A stretch of 64,000 nucleotides of DNA. Origin: a bacterium. Lineage in GTDB: Bacteria > Patescibacteriota > Gracilibacteria > UBA4473. The position numbers and the translations under genes were made by a program. The stretch covers positions 3,736 to 67,735 of the forward strand of contig JABGQW010000025.1 in the NCBI GenBank assembly GCA_018648585.1, written 5' to 3'. Below, piece by piece: positions 55,690 to 64,000 of the stretch; the first letter of the stretch is position 1; each line of letters begins with the position of its first letter. The notes under the pieces are model-generated. The model searched no databases and was not told where the DNA came from. It saw nothing but the letters and a program-made list of their open reading frames with translations.

Positions 55690-55960
55690 AATTCGAAAAC
55701 TTTCAACTGAAAAAAAACTTTCCGATTCTCCGGAACGCAGATCTGCGTTCCCTGCTTTTTTAAAACTCGAAACTCTCAACTTTTCACTCCAGCTTCTCAT
55801 TCCCAACTCGATTGGGAATCCAAGAAAATAGATTCCCGTTTTCACGGGAATGAGAATTTTTATCATTTTTAAAAAAAACGCAGGTCTGAGTTCCCTCCTT
55901 TTTTAACTCTAAACTTTTAACTCTGAACTTTTCCCAACTCTAAACTCTCAACTTTCAACT
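55690..55960. repeat. copy of the modular repeat family (modules in a different order)
   Basis: Perfect 20-nt palindrome GGAACGCAGATCTGCGTTCC (55732-55751). Also CATTCCCAACTCGATTGGGAATCCA, CCCGTTTTCACGGGAATGAGAATTTTTA, and heptamer-like AACTCTA/AACTTTT runs. Confidence 0.85.
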
Positions 55961-55961
55961 T

Positions 55962-57596
55962 TTAACTTTTTTCTCCCGCGACGCGCTGCACCTCGTCGAA
56001 CGTGGTGATCCCGGACAAAACTTTGAGAATTCCATCCTCGCGCAACGTGAGAAAATCTGAATTTTCGCGTAAAAATTGTAAAATTTTAATTTCGGAATCG
56101 CCGTGCAAAATCATTTCGCGAATTTCGTCGGTGACAAAAAATGCTTCGCAGATCGCGATCTGATCGTGAAATCCCGTGTTCGAACATTTTTCGCAGCCGA
56201 CCGCGACAGGAATTTTTTCAGGAAATTTGAGGTCGGGAAAAATGCGTTGCAGGTTTTGAAGTTCGGCTGCCGCAGCTTTTTGGAGCACAGAAATCGGCTG
56301 CTCGCCCGCGCAGTGCGGACAAACTCGGCGCACGAGTTTTTGCGCAAAAACAGCGTTGACCGTCGGCGCGATGTTGTAATTTTCCATTCCCATATTTCGC
56401 AGGCGGGAAACCGCTCCGATTGCAGAATTTGTGTGCAGCGACGACAGCACCGTGTGTCCGGTCAGCGCCGCTTCGAAAGCAAGTCGCGCCGTGCCGATCG
56501 TCCGCACTTCTCCGACTAAAATTACGTCCGGATCGTGACGCAGCAACGATTTGAATCCTGTTTCGAAATTGTACGCGCGGTCTTCGTTGACCTGCGACTG
56601 CGAAACGCCCGGCAGGTGGTACTCGATCGGATCTTCGAGCGTGACGAGTTTTTGTTCCGGTAAATTGAGTTCGGCGAGCATCGAGTACAACGTCGTGGTT
56701 TTTCCCGATCCAGTCGGCCCAGTGACCAGCACGATTCCATTTTTTTGGTGCAACGATTTCAAAATTTTTTCTTCCGCGTGCGGCGCAAATCCCAGTTCGG
56801 AAAAAGTCCGAATTCCACGATTCGAATCGAGAACTCGCATCACGACCGATTCGAGCGTCGGCGTCGGCAGCGTCGAAACACGCAGATCGACGAGTCGGCC
56901 GTTGACGCGGATCGCGGCGTGCCCGTCCTGCGGCGCGTCGGAAATATTGGATTTCATCCCAGATTCGAATTTGATGCGCGAGATCAGCGATTCCGCGATT
57001 TCGGGAGAAAGTCGGAGCGCGTCGTGCAAAACTCCGTCAACCCGCAGCCGGAGCACCACGCCGTCGACGACTGGTTGAAAATGAATGTCGCTCGCGCCGA
57101 TCGCGACCGATTCCACTTCGATTTCCGCGAGCGCACTTTTTGCCGGGAGATTTGAAATTTTTTTCTCGAGTTCCGCAAAATTTTGCAGCGTGGATTCCAG
57201 TTTTGTTTCGTGTTCTTCAACTTGGTCGCGAACCGCGACAGAATGTTTTTTCAAAATCTGTACGTCGTAATTTTTCAGCGCACGATCAAATCCGTCGCGC
57301 GAACAAATGTACACTTCGAGTTCGTATTTTTTCTGGAGTTCGGCAAATAATTTTTTCGTTTCGGCGGCCGAGGGTTCGACGATCGCCACGCGCAATTTTT
57401 TTCCAATTTTTTCGAACGGAAACAGTTCTGCTTTTTCTGATTCTTCTGCAGAAATAATTTTCAAAATATCCAAATTGATCGGAAATTCCGCAACATCGAC
57501 GTACTCAAATCCAAGTTTGGCCGCGCGTTCCCGCGTGGCGCGTTCTTGAAAATCACGATTGATTTTCAAAATTGAACCCGAAGAAGAATTTGCCAT
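55962..57596 (-). CDS. pilB: type IV pilus assembly ATPase (PilB/GspE family)
   Basis: GSPII_E N-terminal domain, Walker A GPTGSGKTTT, tetracysteine CPHC...CEKC. Start moved in-frame to MANSSSGS. Confidence 0.92.
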   Translation of the reverse strand: MANSSSGSILKINRDFQERATRERAAKLGFEYVDVAEFPINLDILKIISAEESEKAELFPFEKIGKKLRVAIVEPSAAETKKLFAELQKKYELEVYICSRDGFDRALKNYDVQILKKHSVAVRDQVEEHETKLESTLQNFAELEKKISNLPAKSALAEIEVESVAIGASDIHFQPVVDGVVLRLRVDGVLHDALRLSPEIAESLISRIKFESGMKSNISDAPQDGHAAIRVNGRLVDLRVSTLPTPTLESVVMRVLDSNRGIRTFSELGFAPHAEEKILKSLHQKNGIVLVTGPTGSGKTTTLYSMLAELNLPEQKLVTLEDPIEYHLPGVSQSQVNEDRAYNFETGFKSLLRHDPDVILVGEVRTIGTARLAFEAALTGHTVLSSLHTNSAIGAVSRLRNMGMENYNIAPTVNAVFAQKLVRRVCPHCAGEQPISVLQKAAAAELQNLQRIFPDLKFPEKIPVAVGCEKCSNTGFHDQIAICEAFFVTDEIREMILHGDSEIKILQFLRENSDFLTLREDGILKVLSGITTFDEVQRVAGEKS

Positions 57597-57825
57597 TCGT
57601 AAAATTGTACCAAAAAAATCACGGAAAATCAACTCCCCGTGCGGGATTTTCGTCATCCCAACCCGAACTTTGAACGCGGCACATTTCGCCAAAATTCGTG
57701 GAAATTCAAACCAGCAACTTGACAAATAAAAAAAAGATTTAGAATTTAAAACGTTCTCGTTCTCGAACTTTCCAAAAAAAGTTACGGCGGCGGGAAAAAG
57801 ATCTTTGAAAAATTACCCAAAAAAA

Positions 57826-57891
57826 GTGAGTCAATTTAGCTTCTGTTCTGCTCGTACTACGGACAGGAGAGAAGTTAAATTGAATACTCAC
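57826..57891 (+). other. long imperfect hairpin (about 25 pairs) just upstream of the lipoprotein start codon
   Basis: GTGAGT/ACTCAC, CAATTTA/TAAATTG and CTTCT/AGAAG arms, apical loop GTACTAC. Ends 16 nt before ATG 57908. Confidence 0.5.
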
Positions 57892-57907
57892 TAATATTTA
57901 TTAAGTT

Positions 57908-58639
57908 ATGAAAACGAAAATTTTTTATTTATTGATTATCTCTCTGGGATTGTTCTCCGCTTGCGGTGGATATTCTGACGAAGAAATGCAAAGTGCAAAA
58001 AAAGAAAGTTACGCTGCAGGAAAGAAAAAAGGAACGGAAGACGAAAGAGCAATTACCCAAAAGACTTTTGAACTCCAAAAAACCGCGATCGAAAAAGAAG
58101 CGATTCAGGAGTACATTAAAACACAGGCCGAAGATACATTCCGTCCAATAAAAGAAGGTCTTAGCGATCTGGGACTCTCTGCCGCTGAAGTAAGTGGCTT
58201 TCGTTCTTTAACAAGAACAATTCCAAGTCCAAAGCAAGGATGGTCGGACTTAAAACTCCCTGATTTTTTCAAAGAGACATTCCCTGTTGAAAAAATACTA
58301 AAGCTCTACGCGGAGTTTCCCTCCTCTGTAGAATCTATCGTATCGATGCTCTCCGTGCGTGAAAAAAATGCACTAATAATTTGGCTAACAAAATATGAGC
58401 ATTTGGCAAATAAGGAAATTTCGCCCAGCAGGTGGAAAGAATTTGAAGCTGCCGAAAAGGCAAAAATAAAATTACGCATTGAAACCGCACATGGAGACGA
58501 CACCCCGGGAGCAACATCAATTGCAGACCAGCTAGGCTGTCTTGAGTTTGAGGCCCGAGCATTTCTTTTCCAGCGAGCCTATCCGAATGCAACAAAAAAA
58601 TTCAAGAAGGCAAAAGAACTAGCCAAAGAAAATGGGTAA
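57908..58639 (+). CDS. hypothetical lipoprotein
   Basis: Lipobox LGLFSACGG followed by a K/E-rich helical region. Confidence 0.65.
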   Translation: MKTKIFYLLIISLGLFSACGGYSDEEMQSAKKESYAAGKKKGTEDERAITQKTFELQKTAIEKEAIQEYIKTQAEDTFRPIKEGLSDLGLSAAEVSGFRSLTRTIPSPKQGWSDLKLPDFFKETFPVEKILKLYAEFPSSVESIVSMLSVREKNALIIWLTKYEHLANKEISPSRWKEFEAAEKAKIKLRIETAHGDDTPGATSIADQLGCLEFEARAFLFQRAYPNATKKFKKAKELAKENG

Positions 58640-58658
58640 CGTTTCATACAAGATCTTG

Positions 58659-58684
58659 AAGGCGCTTGCAAATGCAAGCGCCTT
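58659..58684. terminator. 11-bp hairpin between convergent genes
   Basis: AAGGCGCTTGC-aaat-GCAAGCGCCTT. Confidence 0.6.
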
Positions 58685-58720
58685 CTTTACTTTCTTGAAA
58701 CTGAATTCTAACTTTTTCTC

Positions 58721-59398
58721 TCAACTCGAAACTCGCGACTCGAAACTGTTTTTCCCCAATTTTGTGCGGAGGATTTTTTCCGCACGCTCGCGAGTAAAAT
58801 CAATGTCGTCTCCGGTCGTAATTTTGATCGATTGTTTTTCTGATTTTTCAAACAAGTTCTCTGGAAGAAAATCCGTCACAAAGAAACATTTTATCTGTGT
58901 TCCACAAATCTGCTGCAAAATCTGCCGTGTTTTTTCTTCGGCAAAAATCGCCTCGGCAAAAAAAATCGTGTCCACGTGCGCGTGCCGCAGCGGCCGGAGA
59001 AACTTGCGCCAGAGCCGGCGAAACTCCACCGAATCAGCAAACCCTTCGTTCGCCATCTGCGCTAAAATCGAAACCGGCGTCGGGAAAATTTTTGGCGTCG
59101 CTTCTCCGCGTCTTTTTTCTTGCGGAGAATATTTTGGGTCAACGGAAATTTTTTCCGTGAAATTTTTTGCGATTAAATTTTTTCGGTCAAAAATAATTGC
59201 CACTCGGCCAAATCGCGTCACCCCGCGAAAAATCTCCCGGATCGCGTCTGCCCAAAAATCCGATTCGTGCGTCGCATTTTTTTCTTTTTTTTCTGAATCT
59301 CCGACGAAAAATTCAAGCTCGGCGGCCGGATTTTTTTTCAAAATTGCGCGTCCAATCGCAAGCGATCCGAAATCTGTTCCCCAAAATTTGAAAACCAT
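58721..59398 (-). CDS. hypothetical protein, possibly a degenerate glutamate-racemase-like fold
   Basis: Weak positional resemblance to MurI (FKFWGTDFGSLAIGRAIL.. vs FDSGVGGL..; C-terminal ITTGDDIDF.. vs TTGD..F). Both catalytic Cys motifs appear absent. Start moved in-frame to MVFKFWG. Confidence 0.3.
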   Translation of the reverse strand: MVFKFWGTDFGSLAIGRAILKKNPAAELEFFVGDSEKKEKNATHESDFWADAIREIFRGVTRFGRVAIIFDRKNLIAKNFTEKISVDPKYSPQEKRRGEATPKIFPTPVSILAQMANEGFADSVEFRRLWRKFLRPLRHAHVDTIFFAEAIFAEEKTRQILQQICGTQIKCFFVTDFLPENLFEKSEKQSIKITTGDDIDFTRERAEKILRTKLGKNSFESRVSS

Positions 59399-59476
59399 CG
59401 CGCGGAATGTAGCAAAAATTTGGGATTTACGAAAAAAAAATTTACAATTTAACAAACAAACACCAACCCCACCTCG

Positions 59477-60001
59477 ATGGAAAACGTGAAACCTGCGGCG
59501 CGCGCGCCAGCAGCAGAGAAAAAATGGGACGGATTTTCTGCTTTTTTAATTCTGGCAGCGATCGGAATTGCTGTGTTTTCGGGAGTTTTGGGCTGGAAAA
59601 AACACAATCTCAATCGGGAAATTTTTGAAATCCAAAATTCCATCGGGCGCGTCGAGGCACAAATTCAAACGATCAAACAGGCGGACAACGTCGACGACAA
59701 ACAGCGCGCGAACGAAATTCTCCAGCGTGCCGAAACGTACCGAATTCGGTGGTCCACGCTGATCAACGCGATTTTGCGGTACGAATCCTCCGACATTCGA
59801 TTTTTGGAACTGGGTTCGACACCGGAGGGCGAAGTGAAAATTTCGGGACGCGCAACTTCGATTTCAAATTTGACGCAGTTTTTGGAAAAAATGAAAACCG
59901 ACGTGAACGCGCACCAACCGTTCGTTCCAACGATTTCGGCAGAAAAAAATTCTGACTGGATTGATTTCAGTCTCCGATTCATCATCAACCTCCCACAATG
60001 A
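59477..60001 (+). CDS. pilN: PilN-like type IV pilus assembly protein
   Basis: Single N-terminal TM helix followed by a coiled coil. Sits immediately upstream of the pilO-like and pilC genes with overlapping stops and starts. Confidence 0.6.
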   Translation: MENVKPAARAPAAEKKWDGFSAFLILAAIGIAVFSGVLGWKKHNLNREIFEIQNSIGRVEAQIQTIKQADNVDDKQRANEILQRAETYRIRWSTLINAILRYESSDIRFLELGSTPEGEVKISGRATSISNLTQFLEKMKTDVNAHQPFVPTISAEKNSDWIDFSLRFIINLPQ

Positions 60002-60519
60002 AAAATTTTAAAATTCTGGGATTCGTTGTTCTCGTGCTCGCCGTCGGATTCGGCGTCGTGCCGCTGCAAAAATCGGTGAAAAAAACGCAAACCGATCAGC
60101 AGCTTCTCGTGGCAAAAAAAGAAAAAAAAGTGGAAGAATTTCGAAAACTGCAACTTCTGATGACACCGGCAACGCAGGCCACCGTTGCGAAATCTCCGGA
60201 ACGCCAGATCCCACCGACCGCAGAACAAGAAAGTCTCATTCGCGATCTGTACCGAATTATTCGCGGATTGGGATTTGAGTTTGACGGACTAAATTTTTCA
60301 AAAAGTTACAACGAAAAAGTTCAATCCCCGCAGATCAACGCTTCATTTTCGATCAAAGGAACGCGCAGCCAGGTTCAAAATTTTCTTCGCGCGGTCGAAG
60401 AAAATGAACGATTTTTGGGACTGGAAAATCTCGGCCAACTCAAAAACACCGAACCAAATTCTGGCGTCATCCAGCTCTCAGTGTCGCTGTACTCGTTTTA
60501 TCAGCAAGAACTCGAATGA
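59998..60519 (+). CDS. pilO: PilO-like type IV pilus assembly protein
   Basis: N-terminal TM helix, coiled coil, and a C-terminal alpha/beta domain. ATGA-type overlaps with both neighbours. Confidence 0.6.
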   Translation: MKNFKILGFVVLVLAVGFGVVPLQKSVKKTQTDQQLLVAKKEKKVEEFRKLQLLMTPATQATVAKSPERQIPPTAEQESLIRDLYRIIRGLGFEFDGLNFSKSYNEKVQSPQINASFSIKGTRSQVQNFLRAVEENERFLGLENLGQLKNTEPNSGVIQLSVSLYSFYQQELE

Positions 60520-61676
60520 AATTTGAGCTGAAAACGACGCCACCGGTTTCGACCAAAAAAATAATTTACGGCGTGACCGATCGCTCGGGCGCTCCGCTGT
60601 GGGAAAAATTGAACGATTTTTTGATCGATCATTCTCCCGTCAAAATGAAAGAAAAAGGACTTCTTTTTAATTCACTGCGGCTGCTCGTCAGCTCCGGAAT
60701 CCGATTTACAAAAGCGCTCGGAATGCTGAGCCAGCGCACGCACAATCTGCGATTGAAACGGATTCTCGACACGATCAACTACGACATGACTGAGGACGGA
60801 AAAAAGTTTTCCGAGGCGATGCGAAAATATCCGACGGTTTTTCGAACATCCGAAATAAAAATGGTGTACTCCGGCGAAATCACCGGAAAAATCGAAGACG
60901 TGCTCGACACAATTTCGGTGCAAATTCAAAAAAATCTCGAACTCGAAGGACGCATCCAAACCGCGATGATGTACCCGAGTGTCGTTTTGAGCGCGATCGT
61001 GCTGGCGATCGGCGTCGTGATGGGATTTGTCGTGCCGAAGTTTGAAACGCTGTTTGAATCGTTCGGGAGCGAGTTGCCCGCGATCACGAAATTTATGATC
61101 GGCGCATCCCATTTTGTGCAGCACTCGTGGTGGCTGGTGATCACGATCGTCGTTGCGGGAATTTTTTGGTTTCGAAACTGGAAAAACTCGGAAACGGGAA
61201 AACGAGCGTGGCACGGATTTTTATTGGAATTGCCGATTTTGAAACCGCTGATCAACAACATTCAAACAGTGCACGTCGCGGGGAATCTCAGCACGATGAT
61301 GGCCTCTGGAATTCCGGTGACAAAAGCGCTGCAAATTTTGTCAAAAGTCGTGACAAATTCGGTGATCAGCGACGGAATTTTGAACGCGGAAAAAATGGTG
61401 CGCGACGGAAAACAAATGCACGAGGGATTTCGCGAGCAAAAATTATTCGATCCGGTGCTCGGCGAAGTCGTGGAAGTCGGGGAACAATCGGGCTCGATTC
61501 CAGAAATTTTGAAAAAAACAGCCGACCAGTACCAGATGGAAATCGACGCGCAGTTGCGAAATATCACCACGCTGATCGAGCCGGTTGTGATCGTGCTGGT
61601 GGGCGGCGCCGTGATTTTTATGGCGTTCGCAATTTTGACGCCGGTGTTCAAAATGCAGCAAGTTTTTACCGGATGA
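60516..61676 (+). CDS. pilC: type IV pilus platform protein (PilC/GspF family)
   Basis: Duplicated T2SSF domains and three TM segments. Contains typical EVGEQSGSIPEIL. Confidence 0.9.
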   Translation: MKFELKTTPPVSTKKIIYGVTDRSGAPLWEKLNDFLIDHSPVKMKEKGLLFNSLRLLVSSGIRFTKALGMLSQRTHNLRLKRILDTINYDMTEDGKKFSEAMRKYPTVFRTSEIKMVYSGEITGKIEDVLDTISVQIQKNLELEGRIQTAMMYPSVVLSAIVLAIGVVMGFVVPKFETLFESFGSELPAITKFMIGASHFVQHSWWLVITIVVAGIFWFRNWKNSETGKRAWHGFLLELPILKPLINNIQTVHVAGNLSTMMASGIPVTKALQILSKVVTNSVISDGILNAEKMVRDGKQMHEGFREQKLFDPVLGEVVEVGEQSGSIPEILKKTADQYQMEIDAQLRNITTLIEPVVIVLVGGAVIFMAFAILTPVFKMQQVFTG

Positions 61677-62152
61677 AAAAATTCTCTGCCGGATTCACGC
61701 TGATCGAACTCATCGTGAGCATCACGATTTTGGCGATTCTTGCGGCGGTGACGGTGCCCTCGTTCCGCGGATTTCAGCGCGCGACACGATTGGAAAATTC
61801 TGTGCAAATCGTGGAAACAACGCTCGCGGCAGGATTTTCGACAGCGCGATCGCAGCGAAAAATTGTCACGATTTCTGGCGCGGAAAACGGCGCGGAAATT
61901 TTTTCGGAAAAATGCGACACGGACGAAAAATGCGAGATCGGAAAATTCGCGCTCGAATCCGGCGTGGAATTTGGAGAAAAATTTGAAGTGAAATTTTCAC
62001 CGCCGTTCGGCGACGCAGATTTTGAAGAATTGGAAAAACAAGAATCGGAAAAAGTTGTCTCGATCGAATCTGGCGGCGACCGCGTGAATTTAAAAATTTT
62101 CAAAAACTCCGGACTGATTTCGCGATTTTTTTCTGACGCCGATGAAGAATAA
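61673..62152 (+). CDS. prepilin-type protein (N-terminal cleavage/methylation motif)
   Basis: MKKFSAGFTLIELIVSITILAILA. ATGA overlap with the pilC stop. Start moved in-frame within tracked ORF 61127-62152. Confidence 0.85.
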   Translation: MKKFSAGFTLIELIVSITILAILAAVTVPSFRGFQRATRLENSVQIVETTLAAGFSTARSQRKIVTISGAENGAEIFSEKCDTDEKCEIGKFALESGVEFGEKFEVKFSPPFGDADFEELEKQESEKVVSIESGGDRVNLKIFKNSGLISRFFSDADEE

Positions 62153-62603
62153 AAATCCGGGATACGCGCTGCTGGAAGTGATCGTGTCGATCGTGATTCT
62201 TTCGGCGACGCTGTCTGCGACCGTCGGGCTGATGTGGGTGACGAGCTCCGCGAGCGAACGCAACCGCGACCAAATCACCGCGATGTACCTCGCGCAGGAA
62301 TGTTTGGAAGTTTCGAGAAATGTCCGCGACAGCGCCTGGCGCCAGCATCTTCCGTGGAACTGCGCATTTGGAATTGGAAAAAATACGGCCAGCTGTTCTG
62401 ATTTGAAAAAAGAAATGACCGCGATGAGAAACGAAAAACTTGTAGAAATTGGCGACAAAAAAACGAAATTTGATCGAAGCTGGGACACGAAATTTGATGG
62501 AAAAGAAAAAGTAAAAATTACCTGCACCGTGGAGTGGTCGCTCCGCAGCGGAAAAGATCAAGTGCAACTTTCCCACATTCTCACCGACTGGCGCAAAAAA
62601 TGA
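62142..62603 (+). CDS. minor pilin / pseudopilin
   Basis: MKNKNPGYALLEVIVSIVILSATL class III signal-like N-terminus. Confidence 0.7.
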   Translation: MKNKNPGYALLEVIVSIVILSATLSATVGLMWVTSSASERNRDQITAMYLAQECLEVSRNVRDSAWRQHLPWNCAFGIGKNTASCSDLKKEMTAMRNEKLVEIGDKKTKFDRSWDTKFDGKEKVKITCTVEWSLRSGKDQVQLSHILTDWRKK

Positions 62604-63124
62604 AAAACTTTTTCCAAAAATTTCTGCAAAAAAAATTCCGGCGAATTCCGGGATTTTCGCTGATCGAAATTTTGGTCGCGATCGTCGTGTCGGGAATCGT
62701 GCTGTCGGCGGTGATGACGAGCTACGTTTCGCTCACGCAAACCAGTCGCAAAATCGATCTCTCTCGGCAACTGCAGCGGGAAATGAATTTTGCGATGATC
62801 AGAATCGGCGACAGAATTCGCAGCCATCCGATCGATTTTTTGGATAAAAAATGTAAAAATTCCGCCTCAAAATTGTGTCTCAAAAATCTCACGATCGAGT
62901 TTTCCGATGGAAATTTGTGGTTTGAAAATCAGCCACTTTTTTCTGAAATTTTTGCCGTGGAAAATGCGACATTCGCGCTGACTCCGAGCACCGATCCGGG
63001 AAGTTTTGGGAAAACGCAGCCGCGCGTCAAAATAATTCTCGAAGTCGGATCGGCAGAAAAAAACCACGTAAAAATTCCACCACTTTTGTTGCAGACGACA
63101 ATTTCTTCTCGAACGTACCAATGA
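62600..63124 (+). CDS. minor pilin / pseudopilin
   Basis: ..IPGFSLIEILVAIVVSGIVLSAV. Start moved in-frame to MKNFFQKF; ATGA overlap with the upstream gene. Confidence 0.75.
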   Translation: MKNFFQKFLQKKFRRIPGFSLIEILVAIVVSGIVLSAVMTSYVSLTQTSRKIDLSRQLQREMNFAMIRIGDRIRSHPIDFLDKKCKNSASKLCLKNLTIEFSDGNLWFENQPLFSEIFAVENATFALTPSTDPGSFGKTQPRVKIILEVGSAEKNHVKIPPLLLQTTISSRTYQ

Positions 63125-63921
63125 TCGCCCAATTTTTTGGAAAAATAAAAATGCGAACTCGATGCAAAAACTCGGGAGCGACGCTCCTGATCTCGATTGT
63201 TTTGTGCGGACTGATTTTGACCGTCGGGCTCGGACTCTCCCGCGCGCTGATGCGCGAACTCGATTTTTCGTCCGATTTGATTTTGAGTGAAAAATCATAT
63301 TTCGGTGCAGAATCCGGCGTCGAGCTCGCACTTTTGAAATTGAAAAAAGAACCGACACAAAATCTCGAACCGACAGAAATTTTGAGTGCAGAAAATTTTT
63401 CAAACACGAGCGTCTCACTCGAAATCCAAAATCTCGTGGAAAATTTTAAATTTACGCTCGCGCCAAAAAGTTCTGCAAAATTCTGGCTCCGCCGCGACAT
63501 CGATTTGGGAGAAACTTTTGAAAAAAAACCGGTGCGCGATTTTTCTTTTTCGCCGAAAAAAAACTGGGACGATTCGGTGCAGTGGAAAATTCAGTGCAAC
63601 TCCGACGGAAATTCTGCCACCGCGCTGCTCGGAAAAACCGCGGGAGAAACTGCGATTTCAAAATCCACGACGGGCGAAAATTCTGAATCGATCGAAACTT
63701 TTCTCGCAGGATTTCAAAAACCAAACTGTTCTTTTTCGCTGATAAATCTTTCTGGAAATTCATTTGAAATTTCGGCAAACGCGCCGAAAAAAATGCCGCC
63801 GCACGAAGCGACGATTCGCGCGATCGGGGAATCTGGTGGGCGAGAAAAAGTCGTGGAATTTCGGTACCGCCAAAAAAATCTGTCGCCATTTTTCGATTTT
63901 GGATTGCTGCAAAAAAATTAA
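63121..63921 (+). CDS. PilX-like minor pilin
   Basis: Hydrophobic N-terminus GATLLISIVLCGLILTVGLGL. Position at the end of the pilin operon. Confidence 0.5.
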   Translation: MIAQFFGKIKMRTRCKNSGATLLISIVLCGLILTVGLGLSRALMRELDFSSDLILSEKSYFGAESGVELALLKLKKEPTQNLEPTEILSAENFSNTSVSLEIQNLVENFKFTLAPKSSAKFWLRRDIDLGETFEKKPVRDFSFSPKKNWDDSVQWKIQCNSDGNSATALLGKTAGETAISKSTTGENSESIETFLAGFQKPNCSFSLINLSGNSFEISANAPKKMPPHEATIRAIGESGGREKVVEFRYRQKNLSPFFDFGLLQKN

Positions 63922-64000
63922 AGTAATTTTTCTGGCTCCGCAGTTGGCGCAGAAATTCCGTCCTCCAACTCCGTCACTTTTTCGATTTTTGTCTGCAATT

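Noticed and set aside
1-64000. Alternative genetic code (UGA read as Gly or Trp, as in some CPR lineages)
   Set aside because: Well-conserved genes (pilC, trxB, mscS and others) terminate at TGA at the expected family length, often in ATGA stop/start overlaps. No conserved protein needs read-through, so the standard bacterial code fits.

Overview
Gene-dense window (roughly 85-90% coding) that reads with the standard code; TGA acts as a stop, for example in ATGA overlaps. By inference it comes from a small-genome, uncultivated CPR/Patescibacteria-like bacterium. Supporting signs are the absence of L30 between S5 and L15, a T4SS-type pilin-like small protein, a type IV pilus plus competence gene set, and many ORFans. 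Recognisable content includes guaB, an isolated rplF-rplR-rpsE-rplO block, radA, valS, mscS, trxB, comM, rfbB, tRNA-Thr(GGU) and an ECF sigma/anti-sigma operon. It also includes tehA-like, pgi, an ABC exporter, tRNA-Asn(GUU), cspA, purQ/purL with an mrr gene wedged between them, rpsP, comF, a RAYT transposase with REP palindromes, and a 1432-aa SLH S-layer protein. The remaining recognisable genes are a PKD protein, an M16 peptidase, a PIG-L deacetylase and a pilB / pilN-O-C / four-prepilin cluster. The most unusual observations are listed here. (1) ValRS carries a ~375-aa in-frame insertion made of two tandem histidine-phosphatase (RHG) modules. (2) A ~0.9-kb modular tandem repeat (four units of 195-203 nt, built from hairpins plus a heptanucleotide microsatellite) lies upstream of the S-layer gene, with partial copies at three other loci. 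(3) Three tandem cassettes each combine a terminator, a promoter-like site, a conserved ~70-nt leader and a divergent small membrane protein gene. (4) A RAYT gene sits beside perfect 26-nt palindromes, and one identical palindrome lies in-frame inside comF. (5) A 29-nt duplication of the tRNA-Asn 3' end looks like an integration scar. (6) An ~860-nt non-coding gap between purL and rpsP contains an orphan intrinsic terminator. CDS coordinates follow the supplied ORF track, with starts moved in-frame where homology suggests it. Non-coding coordinates were read by eye and may be off by 1-2 nt. No searches were run, so all family calls rest on motifs visible in the translations.
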